In this document: piece after piece, positions 60,520 through 64,000 of the stretch
Layout: each line of letters begins with the position of its first letter
Numbering within the stretch: position 1 is the stretch's first letter
From: an uncultured Candidatus Rokubacteria bacterium
GTDB lineage: Bacteria; Methylomirabilota; Methylomirabilia; Rokubacteriales; CSP1-6
NCBI GenBank assembly: GCA_963771355.1
Contig: CAVYTA010000005.1
Coordinates: 864,001 to 928,000 of the forward strand
Direction: 5' to 3'
DNA length: 64,000 bases
Position numbers and translations under genes: made by a program
The notes under the pieces: model-generated
Database searches by the model: none
What the model was told of the DNA's origin: nothing
The model's input: only the letters and a program-made list of their open reading frames with translations

Positions 60520-61720
60520 AGGTGTTCAACGAGCAGCACGACATGTTCCGGCAGGCGGTGCGGTCCTTCGTGGACAAGGAGGTCGCGCCCCACATCGAGG
60601 AGTGGGAGGAAGCGGGCCAGATTCCCCGATCCATCTGGCCGCGCATGGGCGAGCTGGGCTTTCTCGGCGTGGAGTACGACGAGAAGTACGGCGGGGCCGG
60701 CGCGGATTTCCTCACCTCCGCGGTGCTCCACGAGGAGATGGCGCGCTCGCGCTCCGGCTCCCTCGCCATGGCGGTGGGCGTGCAGAACGACATGGCCTCA
60801 CCGCATCTGTACTGGACGGGGAGCGAGGCCCTGAAGGAAAAGTATCTCCCCGGCGTCTGCACGGGCCGGTACCTCTGCGCGATCGCGGTGACCGAGCCGG
60901 GCGGCGGCTCCGACGTGGCCGCCATCAAGACTCGCGCGGTGCGTGACGGCGACCATTACGTCCTCAACGGCTCCAAGATGTTCATCACCAACGGCGCCAT
61001 GGCGGATCTCTACTTCGTCGCCGCGAGAATCCAGACTGCAGGGTCAGTTGGGCGAGGCGCAGCCGAAGGCGAGACGAGCAAAAATACGAAAGATGGAAGA
61101 GCGCCCGTCGCCACCAGGGCATCTCCATGTTCCTGGTGGAGCGTCCCACGCCGGGCTTCACCGTGAGCCGCAAGCTGGACAAGATGGGCATGCGCGCCTC
61201 GGACACCGCCGAGCTGGCCTTCCAGGACGTGCGCGTACCCGCCGAGAACCTCCTGGGCCAGGAAGGTGGAGGCTTCTACGAGGTCATGCGCATCTTCCAG
61301 CGCGAGCGCCTGGTGGCGGGGCTGCACGCGACGGCGGGCTGCCAGCGCGCCCTCGAGGACACCATCGCCTATGTTCAGGGGCGCCACGCCTTCGAGGGCC
61401 CGCTGTCCGAGAAGCAGGTGGTGCGACACAAGCTGGCCGAGCTGGCCACCCTCATCGAGGCCGGCCGCTGGCTCACCTATGCCGCCTGCCTCAAGTATCG
61501 GGATCACGAGGACGCGGTGCGCGAGATCTCCATGGTGAAGCTCTTCACCGCGGACATGGCGCAACGGGTGGCCTATGACTGCGTCCAGCTTCACGGCGGC
61601 TACGGCTACATGCGCGAATACCCCATCGAGCGCTTCTTCCGCGACTACCGGCTCATGACCATCGGCGGCGGCACCTCCGAGATCATGAAGGAGATCATCG
61701 CCAAGCAGATGCGGCTGTGA
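60516..61720 (+). CDS. Acyl-CoA dehydrogenase with internal repeat insertion and a frameshift near 61105
   Basis: TEPGGGSD, NGSKMFITNG, QLHGGYGY, GGGTSEI. Confidence 0.9.
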
Positions 61721-62643
61721 GAGGTCGCTCCGCCGCGCTGCTGGCGGCGGGTCTGCTCACGGCCGGTTGCGCGGCCGGCTCCGGGGCGCTACCGGCGCCC
61801 GCCCTGACGGCGCCGCTGCCGGACCGCGACGGCCCCATCGAGTTCCTCTCGGGGCAGCAGCGGCTCAGCGCGCAGCTTTCCCTCCCGGATGGGCCCGGGC
61901 CCTTTCCCGCGATGATCCTCATGCACGGCTGTGCCGGGGTGGGCCGGGCCGAGCGCGGGTGGGCGGGCGCCCTGGTCTCCTGGGGCTATGCCGCCTTCGT
62001 GGTGGATAGCTTCACCGGCCGCGGCCTCCGCGAGGTGTGCACCCAGGCCCGCACGCTCGTGGGTACCCAGCGGGTGCCCGATGCCTACGACGCGCTGGCG
62101 GCGGTCGGGCGCCATCCCCGCGTGAACGGTACCCGTATCGGCCTCATGGGCTTCTCGCACGGCGGCGGTACCACGCTGGGCGCGGCCACCCGCTGGTCGC
62201 GCGAGTTCTATCTTGGGCGCGGGGGCGCCGGCTTCCGTGGCTTCTGGCCCTTCTATCCCGGCTGCAACGTGGACTATCCGGAGCTGGCGCAGCTCTCCGC
62301 CCCCCTGCGCATCCATATTGGTGCCGCGGACGACTGGACGCGCGCCGCCCCCTGCGAGAGTCTGGCCGCGTCGCTGCGGGCCGGCGGCCAGGACGTGGTC
62401 ATCACGGTGTATCCTGGGGCCCATCACAGCTTCGACAGCGTGGGCCGTGCGGTGACGCGCCTGCCGAACGTGGACAACGGCTCCGCGTGTTACTGGCGGC
62501 TCGCGAGCATGACCGGCCCCACGCTCAACCCGGCGGAGATCCTGGGCTGCCGGAGCAAGGGCGCGACGGTGGGCTATAGCGCCGAGGCGACCCAGGCCGC
62601 CCGCGAGCGGGTGCGGGACGAGCTGGCCGCCATTCTCAAGTGA
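61717..62643 (+). CDS. Dienelactone hydrolase-family lipoprotein
   Basis: TAGC lipobox, GFSHGG, YPGAHHSFD. Confidence 0.85.
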   Translation: MRGRSAALLAAGLLTAGCAAGSGALPAPALTAPLPDRDGPIEFLSGQQRLSAQLSLPDGPGPFPAMILMHGCAGVGRAERGWAGALVSWGYAAFVVDSFTGRGLREVCTQARTLVGTQRVPDAYDALAAVGRHPRVNGTRIGLMGFSHGGGTTLGAATRWSREFYLGRGGAGFRGFWPFYPGCNVDYPELAQLSAPLRIHIGAADDWTRAAPCESLAASLRAGGQDVVITVYPGAHHSFDSVGRAVTRLPNVDNGSACYWRLASMTGPTLNPAEILGCRSKGATVGYSAEATQAARERVRDELAAILK

Positions 62644-62686
62644 GCCTGAGCGACGTGATCCTGAGATGCGTGACCTTGAGGTGACC

Positions 62687-63439
62687 ATGCGACTTCCGGA
62701 CAAGGTGGCGATCGTGACCGGCGGGGCCAGCGGGCTCGGCCGCGGTATCGCGCTGGCGCTGGCGCGCGAGGGCGCGCGGGTGGCGGTGGTGGATCTCAAC
62801 GAGGCGGGCGCGCGCGACACCGTGGCGGCCATCGCCAAGGACGGCGGGCAGGCCGCGGCCTGGCGCGCCGACATCAGCGACAAGGCGCGCATCGATCAGG
62901 TAGTAGCGGAGATTATTTCGCGCTGGGGGACGGTGGACATCCTCGTCAACAACGCGGGGCTCGATCGGGTGGGGCCGTTCGTGAGCTCCAGCGAGGCGGA
63001 GTGGGACCTGATCCTCCGCGTGAACCTCAAGGGCCCCATCGTCTGCACCCGCGCGGTGCTGGACGAGATGACCCGCAAGGGCTACGGCAAGATCGTCAAT
63101 ATCGCTTCCGACGCGGGGCGCGTGGGCTCCACCGGCGAGGCCGTCTACTCCGCGGCCAAGGGCGGCATCATCGCCTTCACCAAGACCATCGCCCGCGAGA
63201 CGGCACGCCACCGCCTCAACGTGAACTGCGTGTGCCCGGGTCCGTCGGACACGCCGCTTTTCCAGGAGGTGGCGGCGGGCAATCCCAAGCTCGCCGAGAG
63301 CCTCAAGCGGGTGATTCCCTTCGGCCGCCTGGGCACCGCCGAGGACCTCGCTCCCGCTGTCGTCTTCCTCGCCTCCGATGAGTCGGGCTTCGTGACCGGG
63401 CAGACGCTCTCCGTGTCCGGCGGCCTGACCATGCTCTGA
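62687..63439 (+). CDS. Short-chain dehydrogenase, BadH-like
   Basis: TGGASGLG, SDAGRVGSTGEAVYSAAKGG, VCPGPSDT. Confidence 0.88.
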   Translation: MRLPDKVAIVTGGASGLGRGIALALAREGARVAVVDLNEAGARDTVAAIAKDGGQAAAWRADISDKARIDQVVAEIISRWGTVDILVNNAGLDRVGPFVSSSEAEWDLILRVNLKGPIVCTRAVLDEMTRKGYGKIVNIASDAGRVGSTGEAVYSAAKGGIIAFTKTIARETARHRLNVNCVCPGPSDTPLFQEVAAGNPKLAESLKRVIPFGRLGTAEDLAPAVVFLASDESGFVTGQTLSVSGGLTML

Positions 63440-64000
63440 GCGGCGTAGCCGGCGCCCCGCCCGATCTGGTCGTCGTGGGGCACCTCACCCTCGACGTCAC
63501 CGCGAGCGGGACGCGCCCCGGGGGCGCCGCCTACTACGCCGCCCTCACCGCCCACCGACTCGGCCTGCGCGTCGGACTCCTCACCTCCTTCGGCGAGGAC
63601 AACCCGGCCGATACCTTGCCGGGCGGGATCGTGCTGGCGCGGGTACCCGCCCCCCAGACCACGGTGTTCCGTCTGGTGGAGTCGGGGGCGGGGCGCACCC
63701 TGACGCTCGTCTCCCGTGCCGACGATCTGGAGGTCGATGATCTTCCCCCGGGCTGGGACGGGGCTCCGCTGGCGATGCTTTGCCCGGTGATCAACGAGGT
63801 GGATCCGGGCCTCGCGGAGGCCCTGGGTGCCGCCTCCCTGGGTGTCCTGCCCCAGGGCTGGATGCGCCGCCGCGCCCAAGGCGGCCTCATCGTCCCCCAG
63901 CTCTGGGAGGGCGCGCCCGCAGTACTGGCGTGGGCGCAGCTCATGGTGGCGAGCGAGGAGGATGTGGCAGGCTTCCGGGAGGACGCGGTGGAGTGGTTGC
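63436..64000 (+). CDS. PfkB-family carbohydrate kinase, truncated by window end
   Basis: PDLVVVGHLTLD...PGGAAYYAALTAHRLG. Confidence 0.8.
   Translation, partial: MSGVAGAPPDLVVVGHLTLDVTASGTRPGGAAYYAALTAHRLGLRVGLLTSFGEDNPADTLPGGIVLARVPAPQTTVFRLVESGAGRTLTLVSRADDLEVDDLPPGWDGAPLAMLCPVINEVDPGLAEALGAASLGVLPQGWMRRRAQGGLIVPQLWEGAPAVLAWAQLMVASEEDVAGFREDAVEWL

Noticed and set aside
1..64000. Genome-wide TGA reassignment (genetic code 4 or 25)
   Set aside because: TGA ends many genes at their expected C-termini (e.g. 1324, 43414, 63439); the internal TGAs sit at Cys positions, not Trp or Gly

Overview
High-GC bacterial window in two parts. The gene content resembles Candidatus Rokubacteria/Methylomirabilota, but this is inference only. 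(1) Positions ~1-22,100 are an indel-riddled, patchwork heavy-metal island: several MerR-family regulators with long-spacer operator-promoters, a CusA/TolC/CusB RND efflux cluster, a CDF transporter, and mer-like genes. The main observation is that three mer-family genes each carry an in-frame TGA where homologues have a metal-binding or catalytic Cys. They are merB (9697-10362), merP (13441-13764) and a MerT-like membrane protein (2481-2786). Each TGA is followed by a candidate SECIS hairpin, which points to a selenocysteine-based organometal sensing/uptake/lyase system hidden from the ORF track. The system is split over two duplicated MerR-operator units and includes a degraded glutaredoxin-like gene and a double zinc-ribbon gene. 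No merA and no sel genes are in the window. (2) Positions ~22,200-64,000 are a mostly intact catabolic region: ThDP enzymes, UbiD, amidohydrolase, TAXI-TRAP and TTT transporters, CoA-transferases, two tandem acyl-CoA ligase/branched-chain-type ABC cassettes, an acyl-CoA dehydrogenase and a BadH-like SDR. It is interspersed with a 63-bp repeat family that also sits inside coding sequence, and with a 125-bp palindromic element.
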